A DNA stretch of 64,000 nucleotides, from positions 49,600,001-49,664,000 of the forward strand of contig OZ024744.1 in the NCBI GenBank assembly GCA_964016885.1. The letters run 5' to 3'. This document shows, in pieces, positions 23,725 through 37,299 of the stretch (position 1 is its first letter; each line of letters opens with the position of its first letter). A program made the translations under genes and the position numbers. This DNA comes from Eledone cirrhosa. Taxonomy: Eukaryota. The notes beneath the pieces were generated by a model. That model worked only from the letters and a program-made list of their open reading frames with translations, was not told the origin of the DNA and did not search any database.

Positions 23725-24430
23725 GGGCATGCAGTCAAAGCAAAAAAAGTAAAAATATCTAAGCAAAAAATCCTTAAAATTTTCACTTTTGTTGTCTGTC
23801 ATGGGGAGGGTCAATGATCTTGGATGTTGTGTACATAGTTAAATGCCTTCATTGTGGTGTGTATGTGTATATATTCACCTCAATTTTTTTTACAGGTGCT
23901 ACACCAAATGAAAATAAGAATTGTCACACATACACTCACACACACATACACTCACATACACTCATATACAGAGACAGACACACACAGACATACATTCATA
24001 TTCACAGACATGCATATCTGTCTGTCATCACATATGCTTCTGTATGTGTAGATGTGTGTTTAATTGTCTATATGTATGTGTACATGTGTGTGTGTGTTTC
24101 ATTCTCTGAGGTCTAATGTATGTAACAAACTCGCAAGCACACACAAACTCACAGACACACACACACTCACAGACACATACACACTCACAGACACATACAC
24201 ACTCATATACAATGTGCCGTCATCGTGGTGGAGGTTTACTATAGTTCACTATAGAAAGGTTATTTTAGATAAAATTATATTGTTTTAATCCAAATGAAAA
24301 GAAAAATTACATGTTGACACTCCCGGTGTCTAATACTATAACCTTGTAAAATTTGATTTGATTTAGGCCAGCTGATTGAGAATACATAGGAACAGACAGA
24401 TAGACAGACAAAGAATTTTATATACATATA
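23725..24430 (-). mobile_element. Helitron/DINE-1-like non-autonomous remnant
   Basis: Terminal AAATTTGATTTGATTTAGGCCAGC...ACAGACAGATAGACAGACAAAG.ATTTTATATA pattern and internal CA-rich repeats. Confidence 0.4.
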
Positions 24431-24571
24431 TATATATTTGTGTGTGTATATATATATATATAGATATGTATATATGCACACATATATGTATATAGGAAAA
24501 GAGTCAGGACCTCGACGGCTGAGCTAGATCCGAACCTCTTTGTTATATATATACATATACATACATAAGAA

Positions 24572-26116
24572 TACTTGGCATTTGTCGACCTTGAGAAAGC
24601 CTTTGACAGAGTTCCACGTGCAGTAATCTGGTGGGCTCTTAGAAAACTAGGAGTAGATGAATGGCTTGTGAAAGCGGTACAAGCCATGTATAGGGGAGCA
24701 GTCAGCAAAGTTAGGATTGGCAATGAGTATAGCGAGGAATTTAGCGTACAGGTTGGGGTCCACCAGGGCTCTGTTCTTAGCCCTCTCCTGTTCATCATAG
24801 TCCTGCAGGCAATAACGGAGGAGTTTAAGACCGGATGCCCATGGGAACTCCTGTATGCTGATGACCTCGCACTCATAGCTGAATCTATGGTAGAACTAGA
24901 GAATAAATTCCAAACCTGGAAGCAGGGACTAGAGAGAAAGGGCCTCAAAGTCAACATGACAAAGACTAAGGTCCTTATAAGTAGACGAGAAAACAGAACC
25001 CAGATCCCCTCAGGGAAATGGCCTTGCTCAGTATGTAGGAAAGGTGTAGGTAGGAACTCCATTCTTTGCCCCAAATGCAAACAATGGGTACACAAGAGAT
25101 GTAGCGGGATCTCAGGAAGCTTAATTAAGAATGTTGGATTCACATGCAGCAGCTGTGCTGAAACAGCAAGCAAACAGCCACAGGAAACAAGTACCACCAA
25201 TCTCTGGGAGGGCCCTGTAGAAACAGTAGACAGCTTCTGCTACCTAGGTGACCGAATTAGCAACGGAGGTGGGTGCTCAGAAAGTACAATAACTAGGGTA
25301 AGAACGGGATGGAAGAAGTTTAGGGAACTACTACCACTGCTAGCTGCAAAAGGCTTCTCCCTCAGAATGAAAGGCAGACTGTATGATGCGTGTATCCGAA
25401 CAGCGATGTTGCATGGTAGTGAGACCTGGGCGCTGAAGGTGGAAGACTTACGTAGATTAGAGAGAAACGAAGCCTGCATGCTCCGATGGATGTGTAACAG
25501 TAATATACGTGAACGACAAAGCATAAATGAATTGAGAGAGAGACTGAGCATAAGAGGAATCAAATGCTGCGTGCAGGAGAGGCGGTTACGCTGGTATGGA
25601 CATGTGATGCGTATGAAGGATGACAGCTGCATAAAAAGGTGCAGAGCACTAGAAGTTGATGGAAACCGCGGAGTGGGGAGACCCAAGATGACTTGGGATG
25701 AGGTGATAAAAGCCGACCTTACCCAACTACACCTCTCAAAGTCAATGACACACGACCGTGACTTCTGGCGTCACGCAGTAATACAGGGTACCCGACCTCC
25801 CATGGGTACATGCTGAAGCATATAAACAATATGCCCCCCCCCCCCACCGCAAGGTGGTCGTGGAGGTGCCACGGCAAAAAAGCACCCAGCCCACACTGTA
25901 AAGTGGACGTGTAGGCGTCACGAAAAAGCACCCAGCACTCACTGTAAATGAGGTTGGTGTTAGGAAGGGCATCCAGCTGTAGAAATCAAGCCAGATCAGT
26001 TCCTGTATGAGCAAGGCATGGTCAGCCGACCAGACACTGCCCACAACAGGACAACCCGTCTAACCCATGCTAGCGTGGAAGAACGGACGTAAAACGGTGA
26101 TGATGATGATGATGAT
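24572..26116 (+). mobile_element. RTE LINE, second subfamily, 5'-truncated
   Basis: Open ORF 24575-25816, clearly diverged from the main subfamily but keeping the PHD finger; distinct 3' UTR; (TGA)n tail. Confidence 0.95.
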
Positions 26117-26140
26117 ACACATCCATACACACACACACAC

Positions 26141-26644
<504 letters not shown>

Positions 26645-26811
26645 AATTTATTACTATTACTATTATTATAATATAAATATATATATGTATACATATATAT
26701 GTATGTATATATATATGTATATATTTATATGTATATATATATATGGGGCACATATATATATATACATATATATACATATATACATATATATATATATGTG
26801 TATATATACAT

Positions 26812-27154
26812 GGAGGCACATGGCTAAGTGGTTAGAGCATTGGGCTTGCAATCGAAAAGTTGTGAGTTCAATTCTCGGACCAGGTGATGTGTTGTTTCCT
26901 TGAGCAAGACACTTTATTTCACATTGCTCCAGTTTACTCAGCTGTAGAAATGAGATGATAGAGACTGGGGTCCCTATCATTTCACTGCAAAGTGGTCGTG
27001 GAGGTGCCACAGCAAAAAAGCACCCAGCACTCACTGTAAATGAGGTTGGTGTTAGGAGGGCATCCAGCTGTAGAAATCAAGCCAGAATCAGTTTCCGTCC
27101 CACCCTTGCAAGCAGGGAAAAGTGGACGTAAAATGAAATGATGATGATGATGAT
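26812..27154 (+). mobile_element. tRNA-derived SINE (same family)
   Basis: Full head, core and tail; head-to-head with the previous copy across ~300 bp of (TA)n. Confidence 0.9.
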
Positions 27155-27300
27155 ATATATATATTTATATATATATAAAAAAAAAAATATATATATATAT
27201 ATGTGTGTGTGAGAAAAACCACAGAACTTCCATCTCAACTCTACTTTTGAAAAGCAGAAGAACTGCGAAACCGGCAAAGGAACCAAATAAATATATATAT

Positions 27301-29542
27301 CATCATCATCATCATCATCATCGTTTAACGTCCATGTTCCACGCTTGCATGGGTTTGGACGGGAGTTTTCCCACTTGAGGCAAGAGTGGTTGTCTTGCTC
27401 GCATAGGACTGTCTGGTGGGTTTTCTACAGCTGGATGCCCTTCCTAACACCAACCACATTTACAGTGTGGGGCTGGGAGGTTTTACCGTGTTGCCTACAC
27501 GGCCACATTACAGCGTGGACTGGATGTTTTTTTGTCGTGGCACCAACATAACTTTTCATTGAAAGGGGCGGTGTAGATGGGGTGGGGGTGGTGGGACGGG
27601 GGTGTATTTTGTTAGAGATGCCTACTGACTGTAGTAGGTTTTACTTTGTATTTAGGTAAGGCGGGACTTCTCTATTACTGAGTACCGCCAAAGGTGACAT
27701 TGTCTTGGAGAGGTGTAAGTGTGTGAGGTCGGAATTTATCAGCTCGTCCCAGGTTTTTCTGGGTCTGCCTACTCTGTGGCTACCGTCTATCTTTGTTGCC
27801 CTGCACTTTGTTATACAGCTGTCATCTTTCATGCCATCAGGTGACCATACCAACGTAGCCTTCTCTCGAGTAAACAACATCTGATCCCTCTTATTTCTAA
27901 TTTTTCCTTAGTTCGTTTATGCTTTGCCGTTCACCTATATTACTATTACACACCCAGCGGGGCATGCAAGCTTCGTTCCTCTCTAGTCTTCGTATATCCT
28001 CTGCACACAATGCCCAGGTCTCACTGCCATGCAACATTGTTGCTCGTATGCAGGCATCATACAACCTGCCTTTCATTTTTAGGGAGAACCCTTTAGCCGC
28101 TAATAGTGGTATAAGCTCTCTGAACTTTTTCCATCCAGTTCTGACTCTAGCTGCTGTACTTTCAGAGCACCCTCCCCAACTGCTGATTTTGTCACCCAGG
28201 TAACGGAAGCTGTCCACTATTTCTATAGAACCCTCTGCGCAATTGAAAGAGCTAGTATTTTGTGGGCACTTGCTGCTACTTATTGCACCAGAGCACCGGC
28301 CACATATAAAATCTATGTTCTTAGTTAGCTTACCTGTGATCCCACTACATCTTTTATGAACCCATACTTTGCATTTGGGACATAAAATGGAGTTTCTACC
28401 TACGCCTTTCCTACACACTGAGCATGGCCATTTCCCGGAAGGGACCAGCGCCTTATTTTCTTTCCTAGAAACTAGAACTTTAGTCTTAGCCAGGTTAATT
28501 CTCAGGCCTTTTGATTCTAGGCTGTGCTTCCATGTTTGGAATTTCTTCTCTAGCTCGGCGATTGATTCAGCTATGAGCGTTAGATCATCTGCGTATAGGA
28601 GTTCCCATGGGCAGCCGGTCTTGAACTCCTCTGTTATAGCCTGAAGGGCAATAATAAATAGTAGAGGGCTAAGAACAGAGCCCTGATGGACACCAACTTT
28701 TACGCTAAACTCTTCACTATATTCGTTGTTAATTCTAACCTTGCTGACTGTTTCTTTATACATGGCTTGTATAGCTCTCACGAGCCATTCGTCAACACCT
28801 AGTTTTCTAAGCGCCCACCAGATAATAGAGCGGGGGACTCTGTCGAAGGCTTTCTCCAAGTCAACAAAAGCTAAGTATAGGGGTTTACTTTTAGCTAGGT
28901 ACTTCTCCTGTAGTTGTCGTACAATGAAAAGAGCGTCTGTGGTACTTTTACCTGACACAAACCCGAACTGCATTTCATCTAGATCAATTCGTTCTCTGAT
29001 TAGTTGTGCTATTACTTTTTCTGTGACCTTCATGACCTGGTTGATTAATTTAATGCCTCTATAGTTACCCCTATCTAGGGCATGTCCTTTACCCTTGTAG
29101 CAGTTAATGATGATGCTGCTACGCCAGTCCTTCGGAAAAACCCCATTCTGTACGACTTGGTTAACTATCCGGGTGACCATGGTGTGTCCCACCGTGCCAG
29201 ATGCCTTCAGCATCTCAGCAACTATTTCCGAAGGCCCAGCCGCCTTACCCGTCTTCATATCTTTGATTGCCTTACTTATTATACTACCTTCGACTAGCAC
29301 TGCTGGTCCCTCTATTGGATCGATGTGGGGGAGACAGTCTTTCTCCCATTTATTCTCCTCATTTAGTAGCCTTTCGTAGTGACACTTCCAAGCTACCTTC
29401 TTATCAGCGTCGGTGATGGCAAGTACGCCATCATCATTAAGTACACACTTCTCCCCGACAATATCACGGTTTTCCTTGACACATTGCCTAGCAATCCTGA
29501 ACACCTCACGTTTTTGGTCCTCGCGTTGTAGAACATGCTTGA
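27301..29542 (-). mobile_element. RTE LINE, 5'-truncated, frameshifted near 3' end
   Basis: ORF 27897-29504 with RT motifs and PHD finger; 3' UTR; (CAT)n at 27301. Confidence 0.95.
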
Positions 29543-30239
29543 GTTGGAGAAAGCCTTTGACAGAGTCCCCCGCTCCATTATCTGGTGGGCGCTTAGAAAA
29601 CTAGGTGTTGATGAATGGCTTGTGAATGCTATACAAGCCATGTATAAAGAAACAGTCAGCAAGGTTAGAATTAACAATGAATATAGTGAAGAGTTTAGCG
29701 TAAAAGAAATTCCAAACATGGAAGCATGGCCTAGAAACAAGTTAACTTGTCTAAGACTAAAGTTCTAGTTTGTAGGAAGGAAAATAGGGCATCGGTCCCA
29801 TTTGAGAAATGGCCATGCTCAGTGTGTAGAAAAGGAGTAGGCAGAAACTCCATTTTATGTCCCAAATGCAAAGTATGGGTGCATAAAGATGTAGTGGGAT
29901 GACAGGTAAGCTAACTAAGAATATAGATTTTATATGTGGCCGGTGCTCTGGTGCAATAAGTAGCAGCAAGTGCCCACATAATACTACCTCATTCCATTGC
30001 ACAGATGGTGTCTCGCTCATACAGGACTATCTGGCAGGTTTTCTACGGCTGGATGCCCTTCCTAACACCAACCACATTTACAGTGTGGAAGTGGGAACTT
30101 TTTACCGTGTTACCTACACGGCCACATTACAGCGTGGACTGTGTGTTTTTTTCTTGTGGCACCTACACAATCTCGATCTCATTATCTCGTGCTGTAGGTG
30201 GGAGTGGGAGGATAGGGTAAGAGATGCCTACTGACTGTA
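29543..30239. mobile_element. Scrambled RTE remnant (+ RT fragment with deletion, then - 3' UTR fragment)
   Basis: LEKAFDRV...FSVK on + with a deletion at ~29705; orientation flips at ~30008 into 3' UTR sequence. Confidence 0.85.
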
Positions 30240-30248
30240 CATATATAT

Positions 30249-30286
<38 letters not shown>

Positions 30287-30329
30287 TTATTTTATTTTAT
30301 TTTTTTTTTTTACCATTAACATTACAAGG

Positions 30330-30414
30330 GGTCTGACGAGCTGCCGATTACAGTGTTGGGTCTGATCAATACAGATGGAACCTTCAGCTGATCAGCGGCG
30401 AAATGCGCGTCACC
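30330..30414 (+). ncRNA. Type-I hammerhead ribozyme with 60-nt helix II
   Basis: GGT-CTGACGA-GCTGCCGATT...GATCAGCGGC-GAAA-TGCGCGT-C-ACC; intact core, GUC triplet, AATAAA a few nt downstream. Confidence 0.85.
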
Positions 30415-30463
30415 AACCAATAAACATAATGAAGGAGTAACCAATCATCCTGGTTATCTTATT

Positions 30464-30503
<40 letters not shown>

Positions 30504-30669
30504 GAAATATCTATGACGGCTAGTAGACACTGATGATGGATAGTCCTGGCTTCTATTTCTAATTCTTCATTTTAATTTATATATTTATATATATATATAT
30601 ATATAAAATATATATATATAAATATACAATATATTAATAAATGGAAACTATATTTATAAAACTAAATTT

Positions 30670-30733
30670 ATTTTATTATATATATTTCAAGGGCAACCAA
30701 GGCAAATTATGGTGCGCTTTCATCAGATAAAAT
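30670..30733 (-). ncRNA. Type-I hammerhead ribozyme
   Basis: ATTTTAT-CTGATGA-AAG.GCACCA...TGG.TGC.CTT-GAAA-TATATAT-A-ATAAAAT; 7-bp stem I. Confidence 0.8.
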
Positions 30734-30850
30734 ACAGATTTGTTTTATAAATAAATATTGACTAAACTGTTGAGTGCTTTATATCAGTTATAAATTTTTT
30801 TAAGCTTGTTGAATCCCAACAAATTAAATATAACCTCTGCATATATATAA

Positions 30851-30893
<43 letters not shown>

Positions 30894-30976
30894 ATTATAC
30901 ATATACATATACATATACATATATATTATATACATATATATATATATACATATACATATACATATACATTATATAC

Positions 30977-31015
<39 letters not shown>

Positions 31016-31016
31016 C

Positions 31017-31113
<97 letters not shown>

Positions 31114-31154
31114 TATACATATATATATACATATATATATATACATATATATAC

Positions 31155-31247
<93 letters not shown>

Positions 31248-31268
31248 CATATATATATACATATATAT

Positions 31269-31441
<173 letters not shown>

Positions 31442-31443
31442 TA

Positions 31444-31786
31444 CATCATCATCATCATTTCATTTTACGTCCGCTTTTTCCCTGCTTGCAAGGGTGGGAC
31501 GGGAACTGATTCTGGCTTTATTTCTACAGCTGGATGCCCTTCCTAACACCAACCTCATTTACAGTGAGTGCTGGGTGCTTTTTTGCCGTGGCACCTGCAC
31601 GACCACTTTGCAGTGGAATGATATGGACCCCAGTCCCTATCATCTCATTTCTACAGCTGAGTAAACTGGAGCAATGTGAAATAAAGTGTCTTGCTCAAGG
31701 AAACAACACATCGCCCGGTCTGAGAATTGAACTCACAACCTTTCGATTGCAAGGCCAATGCTCTAACCACTAAGCCATGTGCCTCC
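31444..31786 (-). mobile_element. tRNA-derived SINE (RTE-tailed)
   Basis: Full-length copy of the 26812 family. Confidence 0.9.
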
Positions 31787-31788
31787 AT

Positions 31789-31845
<57 letters not shown>

Positions 31846-31847
<2 letters not shown>

Positions 31848-33027
31848 ATCATCATCATCATCATCAACGTTTAACGTCCGTGTTCCACGCTTGCATGGGT
31901 TTGGACGGGGGTAGTCCCACTTGAGGCAAGAGTGATTGTCTTGCTCGCATAGGACTGTCTGGCAGGTTTTCTACAGTTGGATGCCCTTCCTAACACCAAC
32001 CACATTTACAGTGTGGGTCTGGGAGGTTTTTACCGTGTTGCCTACACGGCCACATTACAGCGTGGACTGTGTGTTTTTTTGTCGTGACACCTACACGATC
32101 TCATTTGTTTCGGCCTCGATGGCGCGGCACCAACATAACTTTACATAGAACGGGGTGGTGTGGATCGGGTGGGGGTGGGGGTGGTGGGACGGGGTGTATT
32201 TTGTTAGAGATGCCTACTGGCTGGAGTAGGTTTTACTATATATTTAGGTAAGGCGGGTCTTCTCTGTTACTGAGTACCGCCAAAGGTCTCGGTCCAGTGA
32301 CATTGTCTTGGAGAGGTGTAAGTGTGTGATGTCGGAGTTTATCAGCTCGTCCCAGGTTTTTCTAGGTCTNNNNNNNNNNNNNNNNNNNNNNNNNNNNNNN
32401 NNNNNNNNNNNNNNNNNNNNNNNNNNNNNNNNNNNNNNNNNNNNNNNNNNNNNNNNNNNNNNNNNNNNNNNNNNNNNNNNNNNNNNNNNNNNNNNNNNNN
32501 NNNNNNNNNNNNNNNNNNNNNNNNNNNNNNNNNNNNNNNNNNNNNNNNNNNNNNNNNNNNNNNNNNNNNAGTAAACAACATCTGATCCCTCTTATCTCTA
32601 ATTTATTCCTTAGTTCGTTTATGCTTTGCCGTTCACGTATATTACTGTTACACATCCAGCGGAGCATGCAAGCTTCGTTCCTCTCTAGTCTGCGTATATC
32701 CTCTGCACACAATGCCCAGGTCTCACTGCCATGCAGCATTGCTGTTCGTATGCAGGCATCGTACAACCTGCCTTTCATTTTTAGTGAGAACCCTTTAGCA
32801 GCTAATAGTGGTATAAGCTCTCTGAACTTTTTCCAACCAGTTCTGACTCTAGCTACAGTACTTTCAGAGCACCCTCCCCCACTGCTGATTTTTATCGCCC
32901 AGGTAACGGAAGCTGTCCACTATTTCTATAGAACCCTCTGCGCAATTGAAAGAGCTAGTAGTTTGTGGGCACTTGCTGCTACTTATTGCACCAGAGCACC
33001 GGCCACATGTAAATCTATGTTCTTAGT
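31846..33027 (-). mobile_element. RTE LINE 3' fragment spanning an assembly gap
   Basis: 3' UTR and C-terminal ORF; shares diagnostic variants with the 9151-10547 copy. Confidence 0.92.
32370..32569. other. Assembly gap (200 N)
   Basis: The homologous RTE sequence between the flanks is only ~103 bp (13209-13311), so the gap size is a placeholder. Confidence 0.98.
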
Positions 33028-33223
<196 letters not shown>

Positions 33224-33251
33224 TACATATATATATATATTATATATATAT

Positions 33252-33391
<140 letters not shown>

Positions 33392-33392
33392 C

Positions 33393-33446
<54 letters not shown>

Positions 33447-33497
33447 TATTATATATATATATACATATATATTATATATATATATATACATTATATA

Positions 33498-33537
<40 letters not shown>

Positions 33538-33570
33538 CATATATATATTTATATACATATATATATATAT

Positions 33571-33621
<51 letters not shown>

Positions 33622-33630
33622 TATAATATA

Positions 33631-33800
<170 letters not shown>

Positions 33801-34071
33801 TATATACATATTATATATATATATTATATATACATATATATATATATTATATATATATATACATATATATACATATATATATATACATATATATACATAT
33901 ATATATATACATATATATATATACATATATATACATATATATACATATATATATACATATATATACATATATATATACATAATATATATACATATATATA
34001 CATATATATATACATATATATACATATATATACATATATATACATATATATATATATACATATATATATAC

Positions 34072-34146
<75 letters not shown>

Positions 34147-34319
34147 CATAAATATATATATACACAAATATATATACATATATATATATACATATATACA
34201 TAAATATATATACATATATATATACATAAATATATATACATATATATATACATAAATATATATATATACATATATACGATATTAAATAAATGGCAAACTA
34301 TATTTATAAAACCATATTT

Positions 34320-34383
34320 ATTTCATTATATATATTTCAGGGATATCATATTAAAAATATGTTATGCCTTCTTCAGACAAAAT
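34320..34383 (-). ncRNA. Type-I hammerhead ribozyme
   Basis: ATTTTGT-CTGAAGA-AGG.ATA.CATATT-TTT-AATATG.TAT.CCT-GAAA-TATATAT-A-ATGAAAT. Confidence 0.78.
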
Positions 34384-34569
34384 ACAATATAAACAGTCTT
34401 ATAAATATATAGATTCGACATACCTTTCAACTATATATATATATTTAACATAGTATAGCTTCTACAGGACTAGAACTGTTCCATTCATGTGAAATCATCA
34501 GAATGGTGACTGTCCAAGTAAATATGGTGGTATTCATATCTTTTCTGGTGGTAGGAAAGGTAGGGACTG

Positions 34570-34898
34570 GGATGGGTGGAGGTCATTGGTTGATGGGTTT
34601 AAAGAAAAAGGAATTCTTTAAAAGCTAATTCTTTAAAGTGACAAATGGAGAAACAATACTATAAACAAGTTCAGATTAGAGGACCACTCCTTATTTTTTA
34701 AGTTTCTCTTAAGCTAACAATGCTAGTATTTCAGGTGTCTACAGGATGGGTGGAGGTCTATACTTGATGGGTTTAAAGGAAGGGGAATTCTTTAAAAGCT
34801 AATTCTTTAAAACTGTATTTAGAGTGACAAATGCAGAAAGAAACCTATAACCAGGTTCAAGTTTTGGGTGCCTTTCCTTATTGTTAAGTTTTTCTTAA
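34570..34898. repeat. Diverged direct tandem duplication (~174-bp unit)
   Basis: GGATGGGTGGAGGTC...GGAATTCTTT.AAAGCTAATTCTTTAAA...TCTTAA starts at 34570 and 34744. Confidence 0.85.
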
Positions 34899-34976
34899 TC
34901 TATTTTTGAACCCGGATTAACTTATCTCTCTCTCTCTCTCTATATATATACATTTTTTTTCTTATACATTTTAAAG

Positions 34977-35061
34977 GGTCCGTCGAGCTGCCGATTATTG
35001 AGTCGGTTAAGATCGATACAGATCGAACCTTGAGCTGATCAGTGGCGAAACGCGCGTCGCC
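34977..35061 (+). ncRNA. Hammerhead motif, paralog of 30330-30414 (core mutated to CCGTCGA)
   Basis: GGT-CCGTCGA-GCTGCCGATT...GATCAGTGGC-GAAA-CGCGCGT-C-GCC, then AATAAA. Confidence 0.75.
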
Positions 35062-35322
35062 TAGCAATAAATGTAATGCTTTCAATATATATATATATAG
35101 TTCAAGAAATAAGATATATATAAGCATATATATATATACACATATTGGTCAACAGCTTTATATATTTGGTGGTGGTGGGGAGGGGGGGTAACCTGAGCCA
35201 GGCTTGACCAGACACTATATATTGGTCAGTACAGTTATTTTACTGAGGTGTGAAGTAATGTCTTGTTTAGCTCTGGAGGTGTCTTGACCAGGCACTATAT
35301 ATATATATATATATTGGTCATT

Positions 35323-35666
35323 GAGGCACATGCCTTAGTGGTTAGAGCATTGGCCTTGCAATCAAAAGGTTGTGAGTTCAATTCTCAGAACGGGTGATGT
35401 GTTGTTTCCTTGAGCAAGACACTTTATTTCACATTGCTCCAGTTTACTCAGCTGTAGAAATGAGATGATAGGGACTGGGGTCTCTATCATTCCACTGCAA
35501 AGTGGTCGTGGAGGTGCAACGGCAAAAAAGCACCCAGCACTCACTGTAAATGAGGTTGGTGTTAGGAAGGGCATCCAGCTGTAGAAATCAAGCCAGAATC
35601 AATTCCCGTCCCACCCTTGCAAGCAGGGAAAAGGCGGACGTAAAATGAAATGATGATGATGATGAT
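35323..35666 (+). mobile_element. tRNA-derived SINE (RTE-tailed)
   Basis: Full-length copy, closest in variants to 26186-26510. Confidence 0.9.
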
Positions 35667-35751
35667 ATATATACATATTCATATATATATATATACATAT
35701 GCATATATAAATATACATATATATATACATATGCATATATATATAGATACG

Positions 35752-35954
35752 TGATTGGCAGTATCGGTAGGGTCGGATGCCATGCTTTGACGCATAGAGT
35801 TACGGCCCTTGCCATTCTGAGTTCAAATCCCGCCAAGGTTAACTTTACCTTTCATCTTTACGGGGTCGATAAAATAAAAAGTACCAGTAATACACTGAGT
35901 ATTTGCTGGCCTTGTGCCAAATGTAGAAACAATTATTATTATTACTATTATTAC

Positions 35955-35955
<1 letters not shown>
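35752..35955 (+). mobile_element. Second SINE family (Meta-SINE-like core, (TTA)n tail)
   Basis: Box B GAGTTCAAATCC; core GCCAAGGTTAACTTTACCTTTCATCTTTACGGGGTCGATAAAAT..GTACCAG. Paralogs at 55535-55722 and 54453-54510. Confidence 0.8.
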
Positions 35956-35986
<31 letters not shown>

Positions 35987-36122
35987 TATATATATATATA
36001 CACATATATATATACACACACATATATATACATATATATATTCACATATTCATTTTACTAAATACATACATATATATATCTGTATATATATAAAATTAAG
36101 TATATATATCTGTATATATATA

Positions 36123-37235
36123 TCTGTATATATATAAAATTAAGTATGTGAGTGTGTGTGTGTCTGTGTATTACCTATAGGGGCCTACATCTTTCGACCG
36201 ATTTTCATGAAACTTTACAGCCTCATAGATTAGTCATCGGGAAGTGTTTTCTATATATCAGCGTATCGTTTTTTTTATTCCGGGGTCATTCTGCAGATAA
36301 AAATCGATAGGGGGGGGGGGCCTTTTTTTAGGTATCGAAAAATAAGATATTTGGCTCTAGTTCCCACATTTTGCCACCGATTTCGTTCAAATTTTAAAGC
36401 AGAATAGAATTTATCATTGCACATCCTATAATGACTATATTTTGCAATTGTTATTCAGGGACGGCGTGGCAGCTGTTTAAATATCCAAAAATACCACTTT
36501 TAGACTCAAATTTCCACCTTTTCAGCTCTAGCTCCCACATTAATGAACCTACTTAGATCAAATTTTACACTACGCTAGATCTGATTATTTCACGTCTTAA
36601 AGTGTCTTTACATTTTGGATTTTTTGTTCAGGAACGGCGTGGCAGCCGCTTAAATATTTAAAAATCAACCTTTTCGCTCAAATTTCCGCTTTAGCTCCCA
36701 CATTTTTCAACCGATTTTGTTCAAATTCGTAACTTCGGCTCCATTCCTCACATAGATCAATTTATTTGGTTCAACTTTTATACTACGATAGAACCTATCA
36801 TTTGATCCCACATTTTTCAACCAATTTCGTTCAAATTCGAAACTTCGGCTCCACTTCACACATAAATCAATTTATTTGGTTCAACTTTTATACTACGATA
36901 GAACCTATCATTGCACATCTTATAGATGGTCAAAGGCAAAACGATGGCCACTGACGTCGTCTGAGCTTTTAGTTGTGTATTTGAGAATTCATCGGTTTCC
37001 AATCAAGTAGCGTGATGAAATTTGGCTTAGTGTTAGAGGTCATTACCTCCCTCCCCCAGCATGCCCCTTCATCAGTCACCCGCGTTTCTCAGTGATAGAG
37101 GTCATCACCACCCTCTCCGCATGGCCTGTGTGTGGCCATAGATGAGTCATCCAGAAGCAGTCGCTAAGATCAACACTTTTTCATCAAAGCAGATATTATT
37201 TTACTTACCCAAGCAATGCTGGGTACTGCTGCTAG
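36123..37235 (+). mobile_element. Non-autonomous Helitron
   Basis: 5' TC-TGTATATATATAAAA followed by (GT)n and CCGATTTTCATGAAACTTT; 3' hairpin CCCAAGCA-A-TGCTGGG then CTAG|T at 37232-37236; four internal TCCCACATT...TTCAAATT subrepeats. Confidence 0.75.
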
Positions 37236-37299
37236 TATATATATATATTCACATATATAAATACATGTATACATATATACATATATATACATATATAAA

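Noticed and set aside
32308-32778. ORFs spanning X residues
   Set aside because: Artefacts of the N gap.
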